This document shows, piece after piece, positions 9,722-19,331 of a stretch of DNA of 64,000 bases. The notes beneath the pieces are model-generated. The model saw only the letters and a program-made list of their open reading frames with translations. It did not search any database and had not been told where the DNA came from. The DNA is from Alphaproteobacteria bacterium (lineage in GTDB: Bacteria > Pseudomonadota > Alphaproteobacteria > MPNO01), in NCBI GenBank assembly GCA_965248835.1, contig CBDFLJ010000002.1:1536001-1600000 (forward strand). The letters are read 5' to 3'. The number at the start of each line of letters is the position of its first letter. Position 1 is the stretch's first letter. The translations under genes were made by a program, and so were the position numbers.

Positions 9722-11005
9722 CTACTCCCTGCCCTCCCCCGGTGCTTGTTCAAGCGCGGCCTTCATGACCGGGATTTTGCCGCGGGCCCACAGCCAGACG
9801 CCGAGGCAGATCACCGCGCCGCCCAGCACCGGCCATCGCAGCCCGACATAGCTCGACAGGCCGCCCATCACCAGCGCTCCCAGCGCCGGCGCGCCGCGCC
9901 CGATCATCCCGTAGAGGCTCATCACCCGGCCGCGCAGCGCCGGTTCCACGGCGTTCTGCATCAGCGTCTGCTCGCCGACGCCGACGACGATCATCGCGAA
10001 CCCGGCCACCACCAGGCACGGCACCGCCAACCAGAAGATATCGGTGGCAGCGAAGCCAATCAGCGCGCACGACAGCACCGCAATGGCCGCAACCGTGGTT
10101 TCCGTAAGCCCGACCACCGCGCCGCGCTGGGCGAGCCAGGCCGCGCCCAGCAGCGCCCCGAGCCCGGTCATCGAGGTCAGCCAGGCGAGCCCCTCGGCGC
10201 CGCGTCCGAAGACGGCATCGGCAAAGCCGGGCAGCAGCTCCATATAGGGGCGCGCCAGCAACGCCAGCAGGACGAGGATGATCAGAATCGGCCCGATACC
10301 GGGATGACGCACGGCATAGCTGTAGCCCTCTGCGATCTCGCGCGGAATGTTGCGGACCGATCGCGCGACCGGCGGGGCTTCGCCGCGCTCGAAGCGGATC
10401 AGCGACAAGACGGCGATGAAGACCGCGAAGCTCGCCGCGTTGACGAGGAAGGCATAGCCGACCCCGGCCTGGACGATCACCAGACCGGCGACCATCGGGC
10501 CGACGAACCGGGCGCCGTTGAAGATCATCGAATTGATCCCGATCGCGGCCGTCAGATCCTTGCGCGGCACCAGGCTCGGGATGATCGAAAGACGGATCGG
10601 CTGTCCGAAGGAGATGCTGATCCCGCCGAAGACCACCAGCGCGAGCAGAATCTCGATGGTCATCGCTCCGGCAAGCGTGATCACCGCGAGAAAGCCCGAT
10701 TGGAACAGGTTGACGCACTGCACCACCTTGGTCGCGGTCAGCTTGTGGACCCGGTCGGCGACCGCGCCGGTGATCGGGGCCAGGATGACCGTCGGGAACA
10801 GATCGGCGAACGCGACGATGCCGAGCCACCAGCCGGATCGGGTCATCTCCCAGGTCAGCCATCCCACCGCGACCCGTTGGATCCAGGTGCCGATATGCGA
10901 GCCGACATTGCCGATCGAGAACAATCGGAAGTCCCGGTGGGCAAGCGCGTTGCTGATGGGCTCGAGGCGGTTGACAAGCGCAACCGGAACCTTGATCGCG
11001 TGCAT
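9722..11005 (-). CDS. MFS transporter
   Basis: About 12 TM segments, GAVADR loop motif, LRGRVMSLY. Confidence 0.92.
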   Translation of the reverse strand: MHAIKVPVALVNRLEPISNALAHRDFRLFSIGNVGSHIGTWIQRVAVGWLTWEMTRSGWWLGIVAFADLFPTVILAPITGAVADRVHKLTATKVVQCVNLFQSGFLAVITLAGAMTIEILLALVVFGGISISFGQPIRLSIIPSLVPRKDLTAAIGINSMIFNGARFVGPMVAGLVIVQAGVGYAFLVNAASFAVFIAVLSLIRFERGEAPPVARSVRNIPREIAEGYSYAVRHPGIGPILIILVLLALLARPYMELLPGFADAVFGRGAEGLAWLTSMTGLGALLGAAWLAQRGAVVGLTETTVAAIAVLSCALIGFAATDIFWLAVPCLVVAGFAMIVVGVGEQTLMQNAVEPALRGRVMSLYGMIGRGAPALGALVMGGLSSYVGLRWPVLGGAVICLGVWLWARGKIPVMKAALEQAPGEGRE

Positions 11006-11109
11006 CGCCGCTACGATAGCAGAACCACTCCGCAGCGGTCACGGTTGCCGGTTCGGCGGTCGGTCGCTAGCTTGAGCCGAAGCCGACCCAGACAACGAGG
11101 AGCCCGATC

Positions 11110-12435
11110 ATGCCGGACACGGCGCGCATCGCGGTCAACACGCTTGAGCCGTACTTCATGCCGTTCACCATGAACCGGCAGTTCAAGTCCGCACCCCGCA
11201 TGGTCGTTGCCGCAAAGGGCATGCATTACACCACCGATGACGGGCGCACGCTGCTCGACGGCGCGGCCGGCATGTGGTGCGTCAACGCCGGCCATGGCCG
11301 CGACAAGATCACCCGGGCAATCCAGGCCCAGGCGGCCAGGATGGACTACGCGCCGGCCTTCCAGTGCGGCCACCCCGGCGCTTTCGAGCTTTCAGCGCGG
11401 CTGGCGGCGATGCTGCCGGGCAACCTCGACTACGTGTTCTTCGGCAATTCGGGCTCCGAGGCGGTCGATACCGCGCTGAAGATCGCGCTCGCCTATCACC
11501 GCCAGAACGGTCAGGCGACGCGCACCCGGCTGATCGGGCGCGAGCGGGGCTATCACGGGGTCGGGTTCGGCGGCACCGCGGTGGGCGGGATCTCGAACAA
11601 CCGCAAGCAGTTCGGCAACCTGATCGCAGGGGTCGACCATCTGCCGCATACCCACAACCTTTCCGAGATGGCCTTCAGCAGAGGCATGCCCAAATGGGGC
11701 GCGCATTTGGCTGAGGATCTGGAACGCCTGGTTGCGCTCCACGACCCCTCGACGATCGCCGCGGTGATCGTCGAGCCGGTCGCCGGCTCGACCGGCGTGC
11801 TGGTGCCGCCGGAGGGCTATCTCCAGTGGCTGCAGGCGATCTGCGACAAGCACGGCGTGCTGCTGATCGCCGACGAGGTGATCACCGGCTTCGGCCGGCT
11901 CGGAGAGGCCTTCGGCTGCGAGCGGCTCGGCATCCAGCCGGACATGATCACCATAGCCAAGGGCCTGACCAACGCCGCGGTGCCGATGTCCGCCGTGGCG
12001 GTAAGCAAGCCGATCTACGACGCCTTGATGGCGGGCCCCGCGGGCGTGGAACTGTTCCACGGCTATACCTATTCGGGGCATCCTCTGGCCTGCGCTGCGG
12101 GGCTTGCGACGCTGGAGGTCTATGTCGAGGAGGGCCTGTTCGCGCGCGCGGCCGGGATGGCGGCCATCTTCGAGGATGCGGTGCACAGCTTGAAGAGCCT
12201 GCCCAACGTCATCGACATCCGCAATTTCGGGCTGATGGGCGCAGTCGAGCTTGCCCCGCGCGCAGGCGCGCCCGGCGCACGCGGGTTCGAGGTCTACCTC
12301 AAATGCTTCGAGACCGGCCTGATGGTACGCCAGATCGGCGATGCCATCGCGATGTCGCCGCCGCTGATCATCAGCGAGGCACAGATCGGCGAGCTTGTCG
12401 ATATCCTGGGCGCGGCGATCAAGGCAGCGGATTGA
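11110..12435 (+). CDS. Class III aminotransferase, omega-amino acid/beta-alanine:pyruvate type
   Basis: MPFT.NRQFK, NSGSEAVDTALK, ADEVITGFGR, AKGLTN, FHGYTYSGHP. Confidence 0.92.
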   Translation: MPDTARIAVNTLEPYFMPFTMNRQFKSAPRMVVAAKGMHYTTDDGRTLLDGAAGMWCVNAGHGRDKITRAIQAQAARMDYAPAFQCGHPGAFELSARLAAMLPGNLDYVFFGNSGSEAVDTALKIALAYHRQNGQATRTRLIGRERGYHGVGFGGTAVGGISNNRKQFGNLIAGVDHLPHTHNLSEMAFSRGMPKWGAHLAEDLERLVALHDPSTIAAVIVEPVAGSTGVLVPPEGYLQWLQAICDKHGVLLIADEVITGFGRLGEAFGCERLGIQPDMITIAKGLTNAAVPMSAVAVSKPIYDALMAGPAGVELFHGYTYSGHPLACAAGLATLEVYVEEGLFARAAGMAAIFEDAVHSLKSLPNVIDIRNFGLMGAVELAPRAGAPGARGFEVYLKCFETGLMVRQIGDAIAMSPPLIISEAQIGELVDILGAAIKAAD

Positions 12436-12454
12436 CGCTCCGGTTCAACCGGGC

Positions 12455-13141
12455 TCACAGGCTCGGCGGGGCGAGCACGCCCATCCCGGGCGCCGGCCGG
12501 ATCAACGCGCCGGTCCATGCCTGCAGGGTCGCGAAGTCCACCGCCTCGATCAATTCGCGCACCACCAGACCGTCCGCGGCCACATCGATGACCGCAAGGT
12601 CGGTGAAGATCGTCGTGACCACGCCCCGGCCGGTGAGCGGATAGCTGCACCGCGCCACGATCTTGGGCTCGCCGCGCTTGGTGCAGTGATCGGTCATCGC
12701 ATAGACGCTCCTGGCGCCGGCGGCGAGGTCCATTGCGCCACCGACGCCGGGGACGGCGCCCGCGGCCCCGGTCGACCAGTTCGCCAGATCGCCGTTCGCG
12801 GCGACCTGGAAGGCGCCCAGGACACACAGGTCGAGGTGGCCGCCGCGGACGATCGCGAAGGAATCCGCATGGTGGAACAAGGATGCGCCGGGCAACAGCG
12901 TGACCGGCTTCTTGCCGGCATTGACCAGATCCTCGTCCTGATCTTCCGGACCGGGCTCCGGTCCCATTCCAAGAATTCCGTTCTCGCTGTGGAAGACGAT
13001 CTCGCGTCCTTCCGGAAGATGGTTGGCGACGAGCTCTGGCTGCCCGATGCCGAGGTTGACGTAGGCGCCGTCCGCGATGTCCTGGGCGATCCGCCAGGCG
13101 ACCTGGTCGCGGCTGAGCCCGTGCGGCGGGGCTTCGCTCAT
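12455..13141 (-). CDS. pcaJ: 3-oxoadipate CoA-transferase subunit B
   Basis: VNLGIG.P, SENG catalytic Glu, GGAMDL; ATGA overlap with subunit A. Confidence 0.88.
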   Translation of the reverse strand: MSEAPPHGLSRDQVAWRIAQDIADGAYVNLGIGQPELVANHLPEGREIVFHSENGILGMGPEPGPEDQDEDLVNAGKKPVTLLPGASLFHHADSFAIVRGGHLDLCVLGAFQVAANGDLANWSTGAAGAVPGVGGAMDLAAGARSVYAMTDHCTKRGEPKIVARCSYPLTGRGVVTTIFTDLAVIDVAADGLVVRELIEAVDFATLQAWTGALIRPAPGMGVLAPPSL

Positions 13142-13848
13142 GGATAACGCTCCTTGCGCAGAATGGACTGCCGCTCGCTCATCGGATCGGGCACGCCGAC
13201 GACGCGGTCCACGAAGATGCCCGGCGTGACGACCGTCTCGGGGTCGATCTCGCCGAGCGCCACCAGGCGGCGGGCCTGGACGATCGTGGTCGCGGCGGCC
13301 ATGCACATCACCGGCGCGAAGTTGCGCGCTGCCAGCCGATAGGTCAGGTTTCCCCAGCGGTCGGCGCAGTCGGCCTTGATCAGCGCGAAGTCCGCCTTCA
13401 GCGGCATCTCCAAGACGTAGTCGCGCCCCTCGATGGTGCGTTGCTCCTTGCCCTCGGCCAGCGGGGTGCCGACGGTCGTCGGCGTATAGAAGCCGCCGAG
13501 CCCGGCTCCGGCGGCGCGAAGCCGTTCGGCCAGCGTGCCCTGCGGGATCACTTCAAGTTCGACCGCGTCGGCCTTGTACAGCCCCTCGAAGACCTCCGAA
13601 TGCGACGACCTCGGGTAGGAGCAGATCATCCGCCTGACACGGCCGTTCTCGAGCAGCGCCGCCAGCCCGATATGACCGTTCCCGGCGTTGTTGTTGACGA
13701 CTACCAGGTCCTTCGCGCCCTGATCGATCACGGCGTGGATCAGCTCGGTCGGCGATCCGGCCTCGCCGAAACCGCTGATCAGCACCGTGGCCCCGTCCGG
13801 GATGTCCGCCACGGCCTCGGCTGCGCTGGAGACGAATTTGTCGATCAC
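13138..13848 (-). CDS. pcaI: 3-oxoadipate CoA-transferase subunit A
   Basis: DGATV...GFG, NNAGNG, PQGTLAERLRAAGAG, TPGIFVD. Confidence 0.88.
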   Translation of the reverse strand: MIDKFVSSAAEAVADIPDGATVLISGFGEAGSPTELIHAVIDQGAKDLVVVNNNAGNGHIGLAALLENGRVRRMICSYPRSSHSEVFEGLYKADAVELEVIPQGTLAERLRAAGAGLGGFYTPTTVGTPLAEGKEQRTIEGRDYVLEMPLKADFALIKADCADRWGNLTYRLAARNFAPVMCMAAATTIVQARRLVALGEIDPETVVTPGIFVDRVVGVPDPMSERQSILRKERYP

Positions 13849-13935
13849 TGGCCCTACTCCGGCTTCTGCCGCGCCCAGACCCTACGCATCGGATCGGCCG
13901 TTGACCACAGCCGGTCGGCGGCTCAGTCTTCGTCC

Positions 13936-15231
13936 ATGGCCGGGCTGTGTCGAGATTGTTTTGCCAGCATCGCGCGCCGCTGCGACGGCCCCTGCCCGGG
14001 CTGCGGGAGCACAAGGAGCGTCCATCACGACGAGCTCGACCGGCTTACGATCGCGCATCTGGACTGCGATGCCTTCTATGCCGCCGTCGAGAAGCGTGAT
14101 GACCCGGGGCTGGCCGACAAGCCCGTCCTGGTGGGCGGTGGGCGGCGCGGCGTCGTGATGGCGGCGTGCTACGTCGCCAGACGATACGGGATCCGCTCGG
14201 CGATGCCGATGTACAGGGCGCTGCGCGCCTGTCCGGATGCTGTCGTGGTCCGGCCCGACATGCGCAAATACGCCGCCGTCGGACGCGAGGTCCGGGCGTT
14301 GATGGGCGAGGCCACCCCGGCGGTGGAGGCGATCTCGATCGACGAGGCGTTTCTCGACCTGGCTGGAACCGAGCGGCTGCACCGCGCGAGCCCGGCGCAG
14401 ACGGTCGCCCGCCTGGTCGACCGGATCGCGTGCGAAGTCGGCATCCCCGTCTCGGTCGGGCTGAGCTACAACAAGTTCCTGGCAAAACTCGCCTCCGACC
14501 TCGACAAGCCGCGCGGGTTCCAGGTCATCGGCCGGGCCGAGGCAGTAGATTTCCTGGCCCCCCGGCCGGTGACGCTGATCTGGGGCGTCGGCAAGGCAAT
14601 GGAAAAGCGCCTGGCGGCGGACGGGATCACCAGGATCGGCCAGCTCCAGCAGATCGACGAGGCGCGGCTCGAGGCCCGGTACGGTGCGATCGGCCGCCGT
14701 CTCGGCCGGTTCTCCCGCGGGCTGGACGAGCGCCGGGTCGTCCGCGGCACCGGGCGCAAATCGCTGTCGGCCGAAACGACGTTTGCCGAGGACCTCAGCG
14801 GCTACGACGATCTGTCCGCGCGGCTGTGGCGGCTGTGCGAAAAGGTCTCCCGACGGCTCAAAGACGAGGAGATCGGTGCCCGGACGATCACCCTCAAGCT
14901 CAAGACGACACGGTTTCGCCTGAAAACCCGCAGCACCACCCTGCCCGATCCGACTCAGCTCGCCGATGTGATCTTCCGCGCCGGATCGGCGATGCTGGCC
15001 AGGGAGACCGATGGGACCGCCTATCGGCTGATCGGCATCGGAGCGTCGCAATACGCCGCGGCGGCCGACAGCGATCCGCCGGATCTCGCCGACCCGGACG
15101 CGCGGCAAAGACGCGAGGTCGAGCATACGATCGATGCGATCCGCGACCGCTTCGGCGAGGACTCGATCGGCCACGGCCGGCGTCTGGCCGGGCGCGGCGG
15201 GCAGGCCGCGGACCGGCGCCGACCTGGATAG
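13936..15231 (+). CDS. dinB: DNA polymerase IV with N-terminal Zn ribbon
   Basis: HLDCDAFYAAVE, SIDEAFLD, KFLAKLASDLDKP; CRDC..CPGC N-terminus. Confidence 0.95.
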   Translation: MAGLCRDCFASIARRCDGPCPGCGSTRSVHHDELDRLTIAHLDCDAFYAAVEKRDDPGLADKPVLVGGGRRGVVMAACYVARRYGIRSAMPMYRALRACPDAVVVRPDMRKYAAVGREVRALMGEATPAVEAISIDEAFLDLAGTERLHRASPAQTVARLVDRIACEVGIPVSVGLSYNKFLAKLASDLDKPRGFQVIGRAEAVDFLAPRPVTLIWGVGKAMEKRLAADGITRIGQLQQIDEARLEARYGAIGRRLGRFSRGLDERRVVRGTGRKSLSAETTFAEDLSGYDDLSARLWRLCEKVSRRLKDEEIGARTITLKLKTTRFRLKTRSTTLPDPTQLADVIFRAGSAMLARETDGTAYRLIGIGASQYAAAADSDPPDLADPDARQRREVEHTIDAIRDRFGEDSIGHGRRLAGRGGQAADRRRPG

Positions 15232-15300
15232 CCCGCCACCCGGCGGTTTCCCAACCAGGTCCGAGAGACAGCGTAAGGCCGGACCCGGATCGCGGGCGGT

Positions 15301-16044
15301 TCAGCCGGTGTCGGCCAGCGCCTCGCGGACCCGAGCGATCTGGTCGTCGATCGCGATGTCGGCGACCGAGGTAATTTCGAGCGCGCGGTCCTCATAGACG
15401 TTCCCGTCCGGCCGCGTCGCCGCCCAGAAAGCGACCCGCCGGTCGCGTTCGGTCAGAAGCATGGAAATCTGCGGCCGGAACAGTTGCACCATCGCGGTGA
15501 TCCAGCGGTTGGCCGGCCACGACGGGATAGCCAGGTCAATCTCGAAGCAGTCGAGCATCCTGCGGACGTCATCGGCGGCGTACCAGACCTCACCGGTCAC
15601 CCAACGGTTGGTGGTGAACAATTTCCTGGGCACGCCGTGCTTGTCCATCGAGATGGCGATCAGGTGGCTCAGCGCGTCGTTCTCGCCTTCGGGCAATTCG
15701 AGGTCCGGCACCGGCGCCGGCCCGACCGAGCCCGGCATGCCGAGAGGCCGCAGGAAGGTGTGGAAATGGCCGTGCTCGGCAAACCGCAGTTCCTGCGGAT
15801 GGGTGTGATAGTAGAACTGGGAATGGGTAAGGTGGTCGTAGACGTCACCCTCCGGGTAATGGTTCCACTCGTAGAAGGTCTCGTTCACCGGCAGGATCTC
15901 GCCGACGATGTTGGCCCCGGACTTGGCAAGCACGCGGTGGCAGTCGAGCACTTCCTCGCCGGCCGCAACCATGACTTCCAGGCGGTCGCGGTTCAGCGTC
16001 CGGAAATCGAAATCGAGTTCGAAGGTCTTGGTGGCAGCCGCCAA
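15301..16044 (-). CDS. Conserved hypothetical protein (DUF6969-like)
   Basis: HYP.GDVYD, QFYYHTH, EHGHFHTF, LFTTNRWVTGE motifs. Confidence 0.7.
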   Translation of the reverse strand: MAAATKTFELDFDFRTLNRDRLEVMVAAGEEVLDCHRVLAKSGANIVGEILPVNETFYEWNHYPEGDVYDHLTHSQFYYHTHPQELRFAEHGHFHTFLRPLGMPGSVGPAPVPDLELPEGENDALSHLIAISMDKHGVPRKLFTTNRWVTGEVWYAADDVRRMLDCFEIDLAIPSWPANRWITAMVQLFRPQISMLLTERDRRVAFWAATRPDGNVYEDRALEITSVADIAIDDQIARVREALADTG

Positions 16045-16204
16045 CGCGCGTGTCCGATCTGGCCTTAGCGCCGGTTACGATAGCGCGCCCATTGTGCCTG
16101 CGCGAACACTTTGATTGCTCAAGCCGTCGTCGCGGCGTTGCCGGCTCTTCGCCGGTTTGCTAGCGTCTTTGGCGGCAATCGAATCAGGGGCGGGGAGCCG
16201 GTTC

Positions 16205-16375
16205 ATGGACGCTGACTGCAGAAAGGCGGCGCTGCGGATGATTCCATACAGGCTTTACGTCCTCACCGCGACGGTGCCCGATGGCACGATTGCCGCTGCC
16301 CCGGTCGGGGGCCGATCGGACGATGGGGTTCTGCACATGCATGACCGCATCGAGAGGATCTTTTGCGGCGGGTGA
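16205..16375 (+). pseudogene. Flavin reductase-family relic with large in-frame internal deletion
   Basis: N-terminus MDADCRKAALRMIPY.LYVLTA...IAAA joined directly to C-terminus GR.DD.VL.M.D..E.IF.GG; only 56 aa. Confidence 0.7.
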
Positions 16376-16412
16376 GCCGAACGCGCGCTTCGATGCAAGG
16401 TGCTGCGCGCCG

Positions 16413-17285
16413 ATGATGACCGCGCCGTCGCCTTCCCTGCGGGCGGTGGCGTGGATGAGTCTGTCATCGGTCTCCTACGCCTTTACCTATGTCACGGTGC
16501 GCGAGCTGTCGGCCACCTTCTCGGTATTCGAGATCAGCTTCTTTCGCGCGCTCCTGGGAATGCTGGTCATGCTGCCGTGGCTGATGCGCGCCGGGACCGG
16601 CGCCCTGCGGACCAGGCGCTGGCGGCTCTACCTGTTCCGCGCGGTGGTCAGCTATTCCGGCATGCTGTGCTGGTTCTACGGGCTCGCCAACATGAACCTG
16701 GCCGATGCCACCGCGATCATGTTCACCGCGCCGCTGTTGTCATTGGTGTTTCTGTCGATGGCGATCAAGGAGCATGTCGGCATGGCGCGCTGGGCGGTCA
16801 TACTGTGCGGCTTCGCCGGCGCCCTGATCATCATCCGGCCGGGCGTTGTCGAACTGTCGCTGACCGCCGGTGCGCTCGGCTGGACGGCGATCGCCTACGG
16901 CGCCAGCAACGCCACGACCCGCATGCTGGCGCGCACCGAGGATGCAAACGCGATCGTGTTCCTCATGTTCGCGACCATGGTGCCGCTGTCGCTGGGACCG
17001 GCGGCGGCACACTGGATCACGCCCGCCTGGGCGGATTTGCCGACCATCCTGGCCTTCGGCGTCTTGAGCCTGATCTCGATGCAGACCATGACGCGATCGC
17101 TGGCGGCCGCCCCGGCCTCGGTCGGCATGCCGCTGTTCTATCTGCAGCTTCCCTTCGTCGCGGTGCTGGGCTTTGTCTTCTACGGCCAGACGTCGGATCT
17201 CTGGACCTGGATCGGCGGCGCCGTGATCTGTGCCAGCGGCTATTGCGTGATCCTGATCGAAGCACGCAGCAGGGCCGCCGGTTGA
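16413..17285 (+). CDS. DMT/EamA family transporter
   Basis: About 10 TM; ADATAIMFTAPL, GALIIIRPG. Confidence 0.9.
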   Translation: MMTAPSPSLRAVAWMSLSSVSYAFTYVTVRELSATFSVFEISFFRALLGMLVMLPWLMRAGTGALRTRRWRLYLFRAVVSYSGMLCWFYGLANMNLADATAIMFTAPLLSLVFLSMAIKEHVGMARWAVILCGFAGALIIIRPGVVELSLTAGALGWTAIAYGASNATTRMLARTEDANAIVFLMFATMVPLSLGPAAAHWITPAWADLPTILAFGVLSLISMQTMTRSLAAAPASVGMPLFYLQLPFVAVLGFVFYGQTSDLWTWIGGAVICASGYCVILIEARSRAAG

Positions 17286-17296
17286 GATGCCGGCCG

Positions 17297-17995
17297 TTAC
17301 TTGACCCGCCGCACCGCTTCGTAGATTTCGTCGTAGAGGTTGAAGGCGATCCCCATGTGCCGGTCGACGGTCTTGAGGACCCGCGCGCGATCCTCATCGG
17401 TCGGCGCGAACTGTTCCAGGAGCTCTCGGCCGACATTGGAATGGTCGGTGTCGGCCGTGTCGTGGACGATCCAGAACGCGACCGCCTGGTCATCGAGCCC
17501 GTGGTTCTCCTGGAAGCCGGCGGCGATCTTGGAGAAGGTGCCCGGCCCCATCGCCTCGCCGCCCAGCATGTGCGCGGAAACGCCTTCGAGGAATGACCGT
17601 CCGCAGATCTCGCTGTAGTAGGCGCGGAAGGTCGTCGCCGCAGGGATATAGCCCGGGTCCCACATATGCTCTTCGCCGAGACCCAGCCCCTTGCCGAAAT
17701 TGACGTAAAGCTGCCAGTGCGGCACCCCGTCGGCATAGAGCCGCCCAGTCCCCTCCTCGTAGCACACCTCGGCAATCCGCGAGCGCCAGCGCGGGTCGGG
17801 GCAACTCACATAGAGCCGGCCATGATAGTTATGATTGTGCAGCGGGATGATGCCGTACTGCCGGGCGAACTCCCGAAGCTGCTCGAGGCTCAACGCCCCC
17901 TCGATCAGCGCCGCCCACATGCGCTCCTTGTAGAGCGGGCGCCGGGCATGCCAATCGGCTATCTGCCCCAATACGTCTTCGACGCTGATGGCCAT
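17297..17995 (-). CDS. Heme-oxygenase-like diiron (TenA/PqqC/CADD-like) protein
   Basis: Ligand pattern YEEG...PH...E...VH..AD.DH. Confidence 0.8.
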   Translation of the reverse strand: MAISVEDVLGQIADWHARRPLYKERMWAALIEGALSLEQLREFARQYGIIPLHNHNYHGRLYVSCPDPRWRSRIAEVCYEEGTGRLYADGVPHWQLYVNFGKGLGLGEEHMWDPGYIPAATTFRAYYSEICGRSFLEGVSAHMLGGEAMGPGTFSKIAAGFQENHGLDDQAVAFWIVHDTADTDHSNVGRELLEQFAPTDEDRARVLKTVDRHMGIAFNLYDEIYEAVRRVK

Positions 17996-18013
17996 CCCGG
18001 GTTCCTTCCTTGC

Positions 18014-19147
18014 CTAGCCGCGTTTTTCGCGCAGGCCCATACGCTCGAGGCGGGGCAGCACCTCGTCTCTGAAATAGGGCAGCTCGTCGGAATAGTTGAC
18101 GAACGAGATGCCGATGCCGCGCAGGCCCGTGCGGCTGAACTTGGCGAGTTCGGCGGCGACGTGGTCCGGGTCGCCAACGATCGGGATGCCGCCCAGCCCG
18201 TGGGCGACGTGACGCCGCATACCCTCATACGCCTCGGTTGTGTGGTCCGCCGGATCGACGCCGCGCATCGCCAGGATATTGTCGACCGCACCCCAGTCGG
18301 CCGTCTCGATGATGCAATAGCGATGATACGCCTCGGCCTCGGCCATGCTCGGCCGGCAGGTCACCACCCCCACCGAGTAGACGTCGATCTCCCGGCCGTG
18401 CCGGGCGCCGCGCGCCTTGGCGTCGCGGATCTCTTCGGCGAACTCCTCGATCGAGGACGCGCCGCGCGGGGTGGAGAACAGCGCATCGCAGTTGCGCACG
18501 GCAAACTCCCGGCCCGTGGGCGAGGCGCCGGCGTTCATGATCAGCGGCCGCGTGCCGCCAAAGGGCTTGGGCGCCGAGTGCACGTCCTCGAGCTTGAGAT
18601 AGCGCCCGCGATAGTCGAACGCCTCCTCGCGTTGCCACATCATCTGGATGACGTCGATCCACTCCTGACCGTACTCGTAGCGCGCCTCGTGGTCGCGCTG
18701 GGCGACGCCGAACATCCGAAACTCGCCCTCGTTCCAGCCGCAGACGAGGTTGAGCCCGAACCGGCCCTCGCCGATATGATCGGCGGTCACGAATTCCTTG
18801 GCCGCGATGATCGGATGCAGCAGCGGCGCGTGGACGGTGGCGAATACGGTCATGCGCTTGGTCTTGGCCAGGATCCCGGTGGCCCAGGTCACCGATTCCA
18901 AGGTCGCGCCCTGGTAGTCGGTCTGCCCGCCATAGCCCTTCCACCGCCCGACCGGCAGCATGAAATCGAACCCGGCCTCATCGGCCATCCGGGCAAGAGC
19001 GAGGTTGTCCGCCCAGCTCCCCGACCAGCGCTCCTCCGCCTTGGTCACGGCGCGCCCGGAGGAACAGTTGGCGCCAAAAAGGCCGAGCTTGAACGCGTTC
19101 CGATTGTGCATCGCAAGCCGTTCGCGCATGGCCGCGTCATATTGCAT
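18014..19147 (-). CDS. LLM-class flavin-dependent monooxygenase (SfnG/RutA-like)
   Basis: RWKGYGG, HPIIAAK..VTADHI.EGRFGLN.VCGWN, NAGASPTGREFA. Confidence 0.9.
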   Translation of the reverse strand: MQYDAAMRERLAMHNRNAFKLGLFGANCSSGRAVTKAEERWSGSWADNLALARMADEAGFDFMLPVGRWKGYGGQTDYQGATLESVTWATGILAKTKRMTVFATVHAPLLHPIIAAKEFVTADHIGEGRFGLNLVCGWNEGEFRMFGVAQRDHEARYEYGQEWIDVIQMMWQREEAFDYRGRYLKLEDVHSAPKPFGGTRPLIMNAGASPTGREFAVRNCDALFSTPRGASSIEEFAEEIRDAKARGARHGREIDVYSVGVVTCRPSMAEAEAYHRYCIIETADWGAVDNILAMRGVDPADHTTEAYEGMRRHVAHGLGGIPIVGDPDHVAAELAKFSRTGLRGIGISFVNYSDELPYFRDEVLPRLERMGLREKRG

Positions 19148-19260
19148 CGGACGGTCTCCTTCCGGTGGCCCAGTCTAAAGCATGTTCCAGTTCGATCGAG
19201 TCGGTCGCGGCGGGTTCACCCGGTGTGTGCTGGTGGACGTATCGGCCAGGCGCTGTCCGG

Positions 19261-19316
19261 TTGACGCAAAACGATCACGTCCATATCAAGACCACACAAA
19301 TCGGAATCGTTTGCGT
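19261..19316 (+). promoter_or_regulatory. Putative sigma70 promoter (TTGACG) with flanking inverted repeat
   Basis: acgcaaaacgat (19264-19275) and atcgtttgcgt (19306-19316), just upstream of the RBS of the TAXI binding-protein gene. Confidence 0.45.
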
Positions 19317-19331
19317 TTTGAGGAGACGTCC

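Noticed and set aside
13936-14010. Cys4 N-terminal extension on DinB
   Set aside because: A known feature of alphaproteobacterial DinB
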